A stretch of DNA of 64,000 nucleotides from Chthonomonas sp. (GTDB lineage: Bacteria > Armatimonadota > Fimbriimonadia > Fimbriimonadales > Fimbriimonadaceae). The translations under genes and the position numbers were made by a program. The notes beneath the pieces are model-generated. The model was not told the DNA's origin and searched no databases. It saw nothing but the letters and a program-made list of their open reading frames with translations. Where the stretch lies: assembly GCA_045862995.1 (NCBI GenBank), contig BTVX01000015.1, positions 17,259 through 81,258 on the forward strand. Reading direction: 5' to 3'. Positions 34,947 through 44,214 of the stretch are shown here, piece after piece (position 1 is the stretch's first letter; each line of letters begins with the position of its first letter).

Positions 34947-36719
34947 ATGGCAATGACTCGGATGCCCATGGTCCAGTACCTCGTTCAGAAGGGGTTGCTG
35001 GCCAAAGAGCAGTTGGACGAGGCCCTCAAGGTCCAGCAACAAACGAAGAACCCAGATTTGGGTCGCATTCTCGTCGAACTCAACTTCGTCGGCGAACGCG
35101 AGGTCGTCGAAGCCCGAGCCCAAGAGGCCGGGATGCCGTTCGTTGACCTCGACCGGACGGAGATCGAGACCTCGGCGACCAACGTCGTCCCCGAGCGGAT
35201 CGCCAAGCTCCACACGGTGATCCCCGTCAAAAAAGAGGGGATGCAACTGCTCTTGGCCATGGCCAACCCGCGCAACATCCAGGCGCTGGACGACGTCAAG
35301 CTCGCTTCGGGCTGCCGCGTCGTGCCGGCCATGGCCGTGCCGGGCGCCATCGAAGACGCCATCCGCAAATCCTACGCGGGCTCGTCCCCCGCGGCGGGCG
35401 GTGGCGGCGGAGCCGCCGCGCTCCAGAGCAACTTCACCGCCGACATCCGCCAGGCCATCGCGACGGCAGGCGTCGCCGCCAGCGTCAACCAGCTTCCGGA
35501 CGAAGCCGTGGACGATGGCGACGAGCAGATGGCCGATCAGGCGCCCATCATCCGCTTGGCCAACGCCCTCATCCAGCAGGCCATCGTGGACCGAGCCTCG
35601 GACATCCACGTCGAACCCCAGCAGCGCCACCTGCGCATCCGGTACCGCATTGACGGCGTGCTCATGGAGGCCATGACCGTCCCCAAGAACCTCCAGGCCC
35701 CGCTCATCAGCCGCTTGAAGATCATGGCGGACATGAACATCGCCGAGCGACGCGTCCCGCAGGACGGTCGCATCGAGGTCCGCACGAACCAAAAAGACTT
35801 CGACCTGCGCGTCAGCGCGATCCCTACGCCCTTCGGCGAAAAGATCGTCATGCGCATCCTCGACAAGTCGAGCATCATGATCGGCTTGAACAAGCTGGGG
35901 TTCACCGAGGAGAACCAGGCGATCATCGAGGAACTCACGTCGCAGCCGAACGGCATGTTCCTCTGCACGGGACCCACGGGTTCCGGCAAGACCACGACCC
36001 AGTATTCGGTCCTCAACAAGCTCAACACGATCGGCGTCAACATCCTCACGGTCGAAGACCCGATCGAATACCAACTCGGCGGCATCGCCCAGGTCGGCGT
36101 GAACCGCAAGGCGGGTCTGTCGTTCGCCACGGCCCTCCGCGCCTTTCTGCGACAAGACCCCGACATCATCATGGTCGGCGAAATGCGCGACTTGGAAACG
36201 GCGGAAATCGCCATCGAATCGTCGCTCACGGGCCACTTGGTCTTGTCCACGCTCCACACGAACGACGCCCCGTCCGCCACGCTCCGTATGATTGACATGG
36301 GCGTCGAGCCCTACCTGATCGCGGCCACGGTCATCGGCGTGTTGGCTCAACGACTCGCCCGCCGCCTCTGCCCGAACTGCAAGGAACCGTACGAAATCCC
36401 CGTCTCGGACCTCGTCCGCTTCGGCATGAAGATGGAAGCCGGGGACGACATGGACCGCTTGGTCCAAATCTATCGCCCCGTCGGCTGCGACAACTGCCGA
36501 GGCACGGGCTACCGAGGCCGAACGGGCATCCACGAACTCATGCTGGTCAACGACGAAATCGCCGAAATGGTCGTCCGGCGCGCGCCGCTCGCCGATATCC
36601 GCGACGCCGCCAAGGCCAACGGCATGAAGGAACTCAAGGAAGACGGACTCGGCAAGGTGCTGGCCGGAGTGACCGACCCGGCCGAAGTCCGACGCGTCGT
36701 CTTCACCGCCGGCCACTGA
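34947..36719 (+). CDS. pilB: Type IV pilus assembly ATPase
   Basis: GGAAGGAG RBS. N-terminal GSPII_E-N domain, Walker A GPTGSGKTTT, Asp box, and the tetracysteine CPNC..CDNCRGTGY. Confidence 0.93.
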   Translation: MAMTRMPMVQYLVQKGLLAKEQLDEALKVQQQTKNPDLGRILVELNFVGEREVVEARAQEAGMPFVDLDRTEIETSATNVVPERIAKLHTVIPVKKEGMQLLLAMANPRNIQALDDVKLASGCRVVPAMAVPGAIEDAIRKSYAGSSPAAGGGGGAAALQSNFTADIRQAIATAGVAASVNQLPDEAVDDGDEQMADQAPIIRLANALIQQAIVDRASDIHVEPQQRHLRIRYRIDGVLMEAMTVPKNLQAPLISRLKIMADMNIAERRVPQDGRIEVRTNQKDFDLRVSAIPTPFGEKIVMRILDKSSIMIGLNKLGFTEENQAIIEELTSQPNGMFLCTGPTGSGKTTTQYSVLNKLNTIGVNILTVEDPIEYQLGGIAQVGVNRKAGLSFATALRAFLRQDPDIIMVGEMRDLETAEIAIESSLTGHLVLSTLHTNDAPSATLRMIDMGVEPYLIAATVIGVLAQRLARRLCPNCKEPYEIPVSDLVRFGMKMEAGDDMDRLVQIYRPVGCDNCRGTGYRGRTGIHELMLVNDEIAEMVVRRAPLADIRDAAKANGMKELKEDGLGKVLAGVTDPAEVRRVVFTAGH

Positions 36720-36791
36720 TGCGCTCGACGCCGACTGAAACCATCGTGTCGGGGACGACACTCTAAAGAAACGAAGGAACAACCAAAACGA

Positions 36792-38054
36792 ATGAGCAAC
36801 GTGCAACGTCCGATGCCCGGCCAATCGCCCTCGATGCCGCCGACTATGGGCCGCCCCGGCGCAGCCCCGGTCCCTGAGGAAAAACCCTGGATCCTGCCAG
36901 AAGGCGAGCGCCGCACGCTGGAAGACATCCATATTGACGAGTTGCTCGACATCGTCGTTGATCTCAATGCGTCCGACCTGCACATCTGCACCGACGCTCC
37001 GCCCGTGGTCCGCCACGACGGCCAACTCAAGCGGCTGAACTACACCATGTTCACACCGCAAGACACCCAGCGCATGCTCTACGAGATCATCTCCGACGAG
37101 CAGGTGCACCGGTTCGAGACGACCCTGGAGTTGGACTTCTCGTACGCCATGCCCCGACGCGCCCGGTTCCGCGTCAACATGTATCGCGACCGAGGCTCCT
37201 GTGCCGCCGCCTTCCGCTTGATCTCCAGCAAGATCCCGACGGTCGAACAGCTGAACCTACCGCCGTTCCTCAACACGCTCACGGAGAAGCCGCGCGGCCT
37301 CATTCTCGTGACCGGACCCACGGGCTCGGGCAAATCCACGTCGCTCGCCGCGATGTTGAACCACATCAACGAGACCAACGCCCACCACATCATCACGATC
37401 GAAGACCCGATCGAATACCTGCACGAGCACAAAAGGTCCATCATCAACCAGCGCGAACTGGGCGGCGACACCAAGAGCTTCGCCAACGCCCTGCGCGCCA
37501 GCCTTCGCGAAGACCCGGACGTCCTGCTCGTCGGCGAAATGCGCGACATGGAAACCATCGCCCTCGCGATCACCGCCGCGGAAACGGGCCACTTGGTGTT
37601 CGCCACGTTGCACACGAACAGCGCCGCCGAATCCATTGACCGCATCATTGACGTCTTCCCGCCCGGACAGCAGGAGCAGATCCGCGTCCAGCTGGCCAAC
37701 AACCTGCAAGCGGTCATCACCCAGCAGCTGCTGCCCAAGGCGTCGGGCTCGGGCCGCGTCCCGGCGATTGAAATCATGGTCGCCACGAGCGCCGTCCGCA
37801 ACCTGATCCGCGAGAACAAGACGCACCAAATCCCGTCCATGATCCAAATGAGCCGAGCCCACGGCATGATGACCATGGACCAGTGCCTGCGCGAACTCTA
37901 CATGCGCGGCCAGGTGTCGTACGACGAGATCATGACCCGCGCCCACAACGTGGAAGAACTCAAAAAGATGCTCAACACGCCGCAGGACGGCGACGACAAC
38001 CTCTCGCGACAACGCTCCGCCAGCATGCCGCCGAGTTCGCCGCCGCGCCGCTGA
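36792..38054 (+). CDS. pilT: Twitching-motility retraction ATPase with N- and C-terminal extensions
   Basis: Walker A GPTGSGKST, ..ITIEDPIEY.., ..LREDPDVLLVGEMRD.., ..AIEIMV.T.AVRNLIRE.. Confidence 0.93.
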   Translation: MSNVQRPMPGQSPSMPPTMGRPGAAPVPEEKPWILPEGERRTLEDIHIDELLDIVVDLNASDLHICTDAPPVVRHDGQLKRLNYTMFTPQDTQRMLYEIISDEQVHRFETTLELDFSYAMPRRARFRVNMYRDRGSCAAAFRLISSKIPTVEQLNLPPFLNTLTEKPRGLILVTGPTGSGKSTSLAAMLNHINETNAHHIITIEDPIEYLHEHKRSIINQRELGGDTKSFANALRASLREDPDVLLVGEMRDMETIALAITAAETGHLVFATLHTNSAAESIDRIIDVFPPGQQEQIRVQLANNLQAVITQQLLPKASGSGRVPAIEIMVATSAVRNLIRENKTHQIPSMIQMSRAHGMMTMDQCLRELYMRGQVSYDEIMTRAHNVEELKKMLNTPQDGDDNLSRQRSASMPPSSPPRR

Positions 38055-38090
38055 CAACGCCAGACTTAGCCACACCGAGGACCAAAACCC

Positions 38091-39326
38091 ATGCCGATCT
38101 ACAGCTACTCGTTCCGCGACACCGCCGGAGGCGTCCAAAAGGGCACCGCCGAGGCGGAATCCGAAGAGCTTCTCAAGAAGCGTTTCGAGGAACAGGGATT
38201 CACCATCCTCGAAGTCAAGATGATCCGGGCGCGAGGCAAGCGCCAGAAGTCGTTCGGCAAGGTCAAACTGGGCGTGCTGGCCGTCTTCTGCCGCCAGTTC
38301 TCCACCATGGTCGACGCGGGCGTCTCGCTCGTGCGGTGTTTGGACGTCCTTCAGAACCAATCGCAAGACCCCAAACTCAAGAAGATCCTCGGCGACCTCA
38401 GCGAACGCGTCGAATCGGGCGAAAGCCTCTCGCGCGCCATGCAGCGCCACCCGCGCACGTTCACCCAACTGTTCATCGGTTTGGTCCGCGCCGGTGAAGT
38501 CGGCGGTGTCTTGGAAGAGTCCCTCCAGCGTCTGGCCCAGTTCCTGGAAAAGGACGTCGAACTCCGCCGCAAGGTGAAGTCGGCCCTGACCTATCCCATC
38601 TTGGTCGTCGTCTTCGCCACGGCCATCGTGGGCTTCCTCGTCTACTGGTTCGTGCCCCAATGGGCCGCGATTCTCACCGACCTGGGTCTCGATGCCGAGA
38701 ACCTGCCCGCCCCGACCAAGCTTCTGATCGACATCGCGGACACGATGAAAAACCAGGGCTGGGTTATCATCGTGGGGATCCTCGTCATCGTCGTGAGCTA
38801 CAAACTGTTTGTCAGCACCCGATTTGGGCGACGGGTGGCGGACCGCGTGAAGCTGAAAATCCCCGTCTTCGGCAAACTGCACCACAAGGTGTGCATGGCC
38901 CGCTTCAGCCGCACGATGGGCACGCTGCTCACGTCCGGCGTTCCGATCCTGCAAGCCATGGAAACGGTGTCCGGCGTCGTCGGCAACACGATCATGTCCG
39001 ATGCCATCCTGGAAGCCCGCGCCCGTATCCGAGAAGGAGACCGCATCGGCGACCCGCTCGAAGCGTCGCGCCTCTTCCCGCCCATGGTCGTCCACATGAT
39101 CGGCGTCGGTGAGGAATCCGGTTCGCTGGACTACATGCTCCAGAAGATCGCGGACTTCTACGAGGCCGAAGTGGAAGCGACTCTCGCCTCGCTCACGGCG
39201 GCGCTCGAACCCATCCTCATCGTGGGTTTGGGCTTCGTGGTCGGCTTCATCGTCGTCTCCATGTTCTTGCCGTTGGTGGACGTCATTTCGAAGCTGTCCG
39301 GCGGCGAGGAAGACTCGGGAGGCTAA
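38091..39326 (+). CDS. pilC: Type IV pilus platform protein (GspF/PilC family)
   Basis: 411 aa with two T2SSF repeats (..FCRQFSTMVDAGVSLVRCLD.. and ..FSRTMGTLLTSGVPILQAME..). Confidence 0.9.
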   Translation: MPIYSYSFRDTAGGVQKGTAEAESEELLKKRFEEQGFTILEVKMIRARGKRQKSFGKVKLGVLAVFCRQFSTMVDAGVSLVRCLDVLQNQSQDPKLKKILGDLSERVESGESLSRAMQRHPRTFTQLFIGLVRAGEVGGVLEESLQRLAQFLEKDVELRRKVKSALTYPILVVVFATAIVGFLVYWFVPQWAAILTDLGLDAENLPAPTKLLIDIADTMKNQGWVIIVGILVIVVSYKLFVSTRFGRRVADRVKLKIPVFGKLHHKVCMARFSRTMGTLLTSGVPILQAMETVSGVVGNTIMSDAILEARARIREGDRIGDPLEASRLFPPMVVHMIGVGEESGSLDYMLQKIADFYEAEVEATLASLTAALEPILIVGLGFVVGFIVVSMFLPLVDVISKLSGGEEDSGG

Positions 39327-39334
39327 CCCGAGCG

Positions 39335-39360
39335 GGAACCGATGACGGGCCCGGCTCGTT
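39335..39360 (+). promoter_or_regulatory. ECF-type promoter candidate GGAAC-N17-CGTT
   Basis: gGGAACcgatgacgggcccggctCGTTtcg ends 12 nt before the ATG of the ECF sigma gene at 39373. It overlaps a weak hairpin downstream of pilC. Confidence 0.3.
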
Positions 39361-39372
39361 TCGCCTAACCAG

Positions 39373-39942
39373 ATGTCGGAAAGTCGCACAGGCATTGGCA
39401 TCGGGTTCATCGAGCGCATCGGGCGCGCCACCCCTCGGCGCGACTTCGAACGCGCCGTCAAGGACGAACTGCCGACCCTGTACCGTGTGGCCAAGCGCAT
39501 GGTGCGCAACCCCGACGACGCCGAGGACCTCGTCCAGCAGTGCCTGGTCAAGGCGTTCCGCGCGTGGGAGCGCTTCGATGGCAACCACCTTCGCAGCTGG
39601 CTCATCCGCATCATGCGCAACGAACTCGCGAGCAACAAACGCTCGCTGGCCGCGCAGGCCGTGGACGCCGAACTCGACGAGAGCATCGTCAGCCAGGAGC
39701 CGTTCTGGGACGAGGTGACGTGGCGCGTGGATGCCGACCACGTGTTGCGCGAGTTGGAGGAACTCCCCGCCGAGTTTCGACTCACGTTGCACCTGTGCGA
39801 CGTCGAACAGTTCACCTATGAAGAGGCCGCCGAGGCGATGGGCGTGCCGATCGGCACGGTGCGGTCCCGCCTCTTCCGGGCCCGTTCGCTCCTGCGCGAA
39901 CGGCTCGCCGGAATCGTCTGCTTTGTGGGGTCGCGGCCATGA
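39373..39942 (+). CDS. ECF-type RNA polymerase sigma factor
   Basis: Region 2 is ..AEDLVQQCLVKAFRAWERFDG.HLRSWLIRIMRN. Region 4 is ..LPAEFRLTLHLCDVEQFTYEEAAEAMGVPIGTVRSRLFRAR. Confidence 0.9.
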   Translation: MSESRTGIGIGFIERIGRATPRRDFERAVKDELPTLYRVAKRMVRNPDDAEDLVQQCLVKAFRAWERFDGNHLRSWLIRIMRNELASNKRSLAAQAVDAELDESIVSQEPFWDEVTWRVDADHVLRELEELPAEFRLTLHLCDVEQFTYEEAAEAMGVPIGTVRSRLFRARSLLRERLAGIVCFVGSRP

Positions 39943-40637
39943 ACCGATTCGATTGGCAAGCCTATGTGGATGGCACGCTCGGCCCTGAAGAGCGGGCCCG
40001 CCATGAGACGCGTCTGGCGCAAGATGAAATAGCGCGCCGAGAAGTCGAAGGCTTGCGCAGCCTGAAGCGAGAGGTCCGCAAGGCCGCTCTGTCAGAGCCC
40101 GTGCCCAGGGCCACGCTTTTGGCGGGCCTCAAGCGCGCCCAGCGCCACCCACTTGCCCTGCCCTCGCGCATCGCAGTCGTCGCGTGCCTCGCCATGACCC
40201 TGCTCGTGGGCGCCTACGTGTTCAACCAAAGCGATCCGGTCAAGCTCGACCGTTCGCCCGTGACCGAGGAATTCGCCACGTCGAACGCGATCGTCGCCGC
40301 CCAATGGGTCAAGGAGCAAACCGGCTTGCCCGCGCCGATCATAAAGATGCGGTGCGGCGCCAGAATCCGCGCGGCCAAGTACGGCGACGGCTGGGCGGGC
40401 TACCAGTTCGAGCACGAGGGACGGCGCTTCCGGCTGTTCATGAGCCGCTGCAACAAGCCGTTCGATGGCGCCCGAGTCGTGACCAAAGCAGGCAAAGAAT
40501 TCTACGTCGGCAAGGGAATCGGCTGGAAACAGAACGGCATCGCCTACTACCTGCGCGGCGGCGACGAAGCCACGCGGTGGAACATGGCCATAGAATGCGT
40601 GACCAGCATCGAGTCGCAACGCGCCCGCCGCCTGTAA
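39939..40637 (+). CDS. Anti-sigma factor (membrane-anchored)
   Basis: ATGA-coupled to the sigma gene. MNRFDWQAYVDGTLGPEERARHETRLAQD.. is a zf-HC2-like N-terminus lacking the Cys/His ligands. One TM helix (IAVVACLAMTLLVGAYVF). Confidence 0.7.
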   Translation: MNRFDWQAYVDGTLGPEERARHETRLAQDEIARREVEGLRSLKREVRKAALSEPVPRATLLAGLKRAQRHPLALPSRIAVVACLAMTLLVGAYVFNQSDPVKLDRSPVTEEFATSNAIVAAQWVKEQTGLPAPIIKMRCGARIRAAKYGDGWAGYQFEHEGRRFRLFMSRCNKPFDGARVVTKAGKEFYVGKGIGWKQNGIAYYLRGGDEATRWNMAIECVTSIESQRARRL

Positions 40638-40645
40638 GCCCGGCC

Positions 40646-40777
40646 CTAGGGCCGGTTGAACATGCCCGAACGCACCACAAACGCGACCAAACCCGCCACG
40701 GCCAGCAGCAACACAATGGCCAAAACCAGCTGCACGCGGTCGAGCAAGGCGATGAGTTTCTCGCGCGGGGTTTGCAC
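40646..40777 (-). CDS. Possible 43-aa single-TM micro-protein
   Basis: GTG-initiated ORF below the track cutoff, VQTPREKLIALLDRVQLVLAIVLLLAVAGLVAFVVRSGMFNRP. Third positions are strongly G/C, as in real genes here. No RBS identified. Confidence 0.3.
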   Translation of the reverse strand: MQTPREKLIALLDRVQLVLAIVLLLAVAGLVAFVVRSGMFNRP

Positions 40778-40825
40778 GTCGCCATACTACACCGTGGGGC
40801 CATCGGGCTCCAAGGACATCGCACC

Positions 40826-41782
40826 GTGAACGATCGGAGCAAGCTTCGGCACGATCTCAAAACACCCCTCAACGCCATCCTCGGCTACAGCGAGATGCTC
40901 CTCGACGAGGTGCCGCAGCCGTTTGTGGGCGACCTCGAGCGCATCCGAGCCGCCGGCCTCAAACTGCTCGGCTTGATCGAGGACGCGTTCGCCGATGGCG
41001 AGCCGACGCGCAATGCCCCGGCTCCATCCAAGCGGCCCGGGCCAGCACCCGTGGAATCGGCGAGACAAGGCCCAAGCGGACGCATCTTGGCCGTGGACGA
41101 CGTGGAGGAAAACCGCGACGTGCTGAAACGGCATCTCGAGCGCCAGGGGCACACGGTGTGGCTGGCCGAGAACGGACGCCATGCCCTCCAAGTGCTGGAC
41201 GCTGAAGACATCGAAGTCGTGTTGCTGGACATCATGATGCCGGAGATGGACGGCTACCAGACGCTGGAAGCCATCCGTCGTCACCCCACGCACTCGGAAA
41301 CGCCCGTGCTCATGATCTCCGCCGTGGACGAAGTGGAAAGCGTCGTCCGCTGCGTCGAACGCGGCGCGGAGGACTACCTGCCGAAGCCGTTCAACCCTGT
41401 CCTGCTCCGCGCGAGAATCACCACGTGCCTGCACAAGAAGCGCACGCGGGACACCGAGAAGGCGTTCTTGGCTGCCGTGCAGCAGGTCACGCACGCGGCG
41501 GCGGCCATCGAGGCGGGCTCGTTCGATGCCGTGGACCTGAGCGAGATTCAGGTGCGAACCGACGAACTCGGCGCGATGGCGCGGATGTTCGGAAGCATGG
41601 CGCGCGAGGTACGCGAGCGCGAAGCGAGACTCCAACGACAGGTTGAAGCGCTGCGCGTCGAAGTGGACGACGCCAAGAAGTCGCAGCAGGTCGCCGAGAT
41701 CACGGAGACCGACTACTTCCGCCACTTGCAGGAGAAAGCCCGAGCGTTCCGCGACCGCAAACCACCCTCGGAGCCAGATTAA
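40826..41782 (+). CDS. Response-regulator receiver with an N-terminal HisKA-like H-box and a C-terminal coiled coil (no HATPase domain)
   Basis: The tail of ORF 40184..41782 begins SKLRHDLKTPLNAILGYSEMLLDE (H-box). REC domain is RILAVDDVEENRDVL..VLLDIMMPEMDGY..PVLMISA..DYLPKPF. The C-terminus ends ..VEALRVEVDDAKKSQQVAEITETDYFRHLQEKA. The start is uncertain (GTG 40826 or TTG 40772). Confidence 0.75.
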   Translation: MNDRSKLRHDLKTPLNAILGYSEMLLDEVPQPFVGDLERIRAAGLKLLGLIEDAFADGEPTRNAPAPSKRPGPAPVESARQGPSGRILAVDDVEENRDVLKRHLERQGHTVWLAENGRHALQVLDAEDIEVVLLDIMMPEMDGYQTLEAIRRHPTHSETPVLMISAVDEVESVVRCVERGAEDYLPKPFNPVLLRARITTCLHKKRTRDTEKAFLAAVQQVTHAAAAIEAGSFDAVDLSEIQVRTDELGAMARMFGSMAREVREREARLQRQVEALRVEVDDAKKSQQVAEITETDYFRHLQEKARAFRDRKPPSEPD

Positions 41783-41882
41783 GGAACGGGATTCGATGGG
41801 ACCTTCCGACACTTTGGGACCCGCCGGAACGTGTATGGTGTTAGGGTAGGTTTGGGCGCACACGCCCAAACCCTTCTTCCAA

Positions 41883-43484
41883 ATGACCCGCATTCAGCAG
41901 GACCTCGCCCTGTTCCTTGAGATTCTCCCCGCCTCCGTGCGTGAACGCCTCGAGGATGGACCGCCCGTCGAAACGCTCGTCGAGGTGGTGCTCGACTATG
42001 GCCGGCCGGCCGAGGCGCGCTACATCGGCGCCGGCATCCGATTCCCCGACCTGCAGGTGACCGAGCGCGACATCGAGTTCGTGATCAAGTCCATCGGCGA
42101 GTTCGGGAGCGATAACCGCGCCGGCATCGAGCGCACGCTCCACCGCATCTCGTGCATCCGCAACCGCCAGGGCAAGATCGTGGGCTTGACGTGCCGCGTC
42201 GGACGCGCGCTTGAAGGCACGATTGACATCATTGACGACATCATCCGCTCGGGCAAGAGCATCCTCTTGCTGGGCAAGCCGGGCACGGGCAAGACCACCA
42301 AACTCCGGGAGGTGGCCCGAGTGCTCGCCGACGAGGTGCAGCGGCGGGTCGTCATCGTGGACACGTCGAACGAAATCGCCGGCGACGGTGACGTCCCCCA
42401 CATGGGCATCGGCAGCGCCCGCCGCATGCAGGTGCGGCACGCCGCCGACCAGCACCAGGTGATGATCGAGGCCGTTGAGAACCATATGCCCGAGGTCATC
42501 GTTATTGATGAAATCGGCAACGAGATGGAGGCCCAGGCCGCCCGGACGATCGCCGAACGCGGCGTCCAACTCATCGGCACGGCTCACGGGCAGACGCTCG
42601 AGAACTTGATGCTGAACCCGACGCTCTCGGACCTGATCGGCGGCATCCAGGCCGTAACGCTCAGCGACGACGAGGCGCGGCGACGAGGCACGCAGAAGAC
42701 CGTTCTGGAGCGCAAGGCGCCCCCCACGTTCGACGTGGTCATCGAACTCGTGGACTTCGATCGCCTGGCCGTTCATCACAACGTGCAGAAGACCGTGGAC
42801 CTCGTCTTGAGGGGCTTGACGCCTCGCCCCGAGATTCGAGTCCGCAACACCAACGGCGAGTTCGAGGTGGTTCAGGAAGAGCACAACGAGGCCATGGCCC
42901 AGGTGCTCTCGCGCCCGTTGTTCGAGCCTTTGCCGCCCAAGCCCACGCGATCGGTCGCCGCTCAGCACACCGAGGAAGAGAGGCCGCCCCGCGACCCGGA
43001 ACCCCCGCAGCGAATCGGTCTGCGGATCTACCCTTACGGCATCGCCCGCACTCGGCTGGAGCGAGCGATCCGAGAGAAGCGCCTCGAGGCCAGCATCAGC
43101 ACCGACCCCACGCAATCCGACGTCGTGATGGCCATGCGCAACGGGACCACGGGCCGGCAGCGCAAGATTCGAGACGCCTCCGGCCGCCCCGTACCCACGG
43201 TGACGATCAAGTCCAACGCGTTCACGCAGATTCTCGCGGGACTGGACGAGATCATGCGCCGCTCGAGCAGCGGCCCGGAGTCGGAGTCGGCGGCGATGGA
43301 GGAGGTCTTGCAGGCCATCGAGGTGGTTTCCCAGAGCGGCAAGCCGTACGATCTCGCGCCTCAGCCGGGGCCGATCCGCAAGATGCAGCACCAGGTGGCC
43401 GAGAGCCGCCGCATCCCCAGCGAGAGCGTCGGCCAGGAGCCCCAGCGTCGCCTGAGGTTGCTCCCGGCGGGCAGCGCATCGTAA
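41883..43484 (+). CDS. AAA ATPase of the SpoIIIAA/Ycf45 type with a C-terminal R3H domain
   Basis: Walker A LLLGKPGTGKTT, Walker B VIVIDEIG, ..IGTAHG... The C-terminal R3H-like block is LAPQPGPIRKMQHQVAESRRIPSESVGQEPQRRLRLLP. Confidence 0.8.
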   Translation: MTRIQQDLALFLEILPASVRERLEDGPPVETLVEVVLDYGRPAEARYIGAGIRFPDLQVTERDIEFVIKSIGEFGSDNRAGIERTLHRISCIRNRQGKIVGLTCRVGRALEGTIDIIDDIIRSGKSILLLGKPGTGKTTKLREVARVLADEVQRRVVIVDTSNEIAGDGDVPHMGIGSARRMQVRHAADQHQVMIEAVENHMPEVIVIDEIGNEMEAQAARTIAERGVQLIGTAHGQTLENLMLNPTLSDLIGGIQAVTLSDDEARRRGTQKTVLERKAPPTFDVVIELVDFDRLAVHHNVQKTVDLVLRGLTPRPEIRVRNTNGEFEVVQEEHNEAMAQVLSRPLFEPLPPKPTRSVAAQHTEEERPPRDPEPPQRIGLRIYPYGIARTRLERAIREKRLEASISTDPTQSDVVMAMRNGTTGRQRKIRDASGRPVPTVTIKSNAFTQILAGLDEIMRRSSSGPESESAAMEEVLQAIEVVSQSGKPYDLAPQPGPIRKMQHQVAESRRIPSESVGQEPQRRLRLLPAGSAS

Positions 43485-43589
43485 CGCCCGTCCGAAGGTC
43501 CTTGCATTCCAGGGGGCGGATGGGGCATACTTCTTAGGCTTTCCTGCCGCTCCCATCCCTACACTCGGGGCGGTGGAAGGTGACCCACC

Positions 43590-43757
43590 ATGGCGAAGAA
43601 AGGCGAAGCTCGCGAAATCATCCGTCTCGTTTGCACCGAGGACGGCAAGAGCTATTACACGACCACCAAGAACAAGCGCAACACGCAGGGCCGCTTGGAA
43701 CTGATGAAGTACAACAAGAACCTGCGCAAGCACACGCTCCACCGCGAGAAGAAGTAA
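43590..43757 (+). CDS. rpmG: 50S ribosomal protein L33
   Basis: Below the ORF-track cutoff. Hand translation is [55 protein letters not shown], with the L33 signature [15 protein letters not shown]......HT.H.E.K. Confidence 0.9.
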   Translation: MAKKGEAREIIRLVCTEDGKSYYTTTKNKRNTQGRLELMKYNKNLRKHTLHREKK

Positions 43758-43782
43758 CCGCCCCGCCCACGAGGTTTTCCCC

Positions 43783-43974
43783 ATGCCGAATCCGAAACGC
43801 CGTCACAGTCACCAGCGGACCGCTCTGCGCCGAACGCACTACACGACCGATTTGCCCGAGGTCGAAGTGAACAAGCAGGTCGGCGGTTCGTCGCACAAGC
43901 TGCGCCACCACGCCAGCCCCGAGGGCTATTACAAGGGTCGGCGGCTCCCCGGCTTCCGAGACAAGAACGCCTGA
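43783..43974 (+). CDS. rpmF: 50S ribosomal protein L32
   Basis: MPNPKRRHSHQRTALRRTH...GYYKGRRL matches the L32 N-terminal PKRR.S..R...RR.H motif and the C-terminal G.Y.GR. Confidence 0.85.
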   Translation: MPNPKRRHSHQRTALRRTHYTTDLPEVEVNKQVGGSSHKLRHHASPEGYYKGRRLPGFRDKNA

Positions 43975-44210
43975 TGCAGTTCTGGTACACCGCCCTCTTG
44001 ATTCTGGCGATTGTGGTCGCCGTCATGTTCACGCTCATCGTGCTGCTGATGGGCAAGGGAGATGCGATGTCCGGCGGCGGCGGCGTCCGCACCACGTTCA
44101 AGGGCAAGGCCGGGTTCGACGACTTCGTCTCGCGGCTGACCATCATCTTGGGCGGCTCGTTCATGGTGCTGATGATCGTCCTCGACATCGTCGGCAACAA
44201 GCTCAAGTGA
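43974..44210 (+). CDS. secG: Preprotein translocase subunit SecG
   Basis: 78 aa with two TM helices flanking a Gly-rich loop (LLMGKGDAMSGGGGVRTTFKGKAG). The start overlaps the rpmF stop by 1 nt. Confidence 0.8.
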   Translation: MQFWYTALLILAIVVAVMFTLIVLLMGKGDAMSGGGGVRTTFKGKAGFDDFVSRLTIILGGSFMVLMIVLDIVGNKLK

Positions 44211-44214
44211 CGCG

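Noticed and set aside
34791-39815. Two very long minus-strand ORFs (34791..37109, 772 aa, and 37257..39815, 852 aa)
   Set aside because: Both are antisense to pilB, pilT, pilC and the ECF sigma gene, all of which have canonical motifs on the plus strand. The translations are low-complexity.
41841-43784. 647-aa minus-strand ORF
   Set aside because: It is antisense to the SpoIIIAA/R3H ATPase gene and to rpmG. No recognisable domains.
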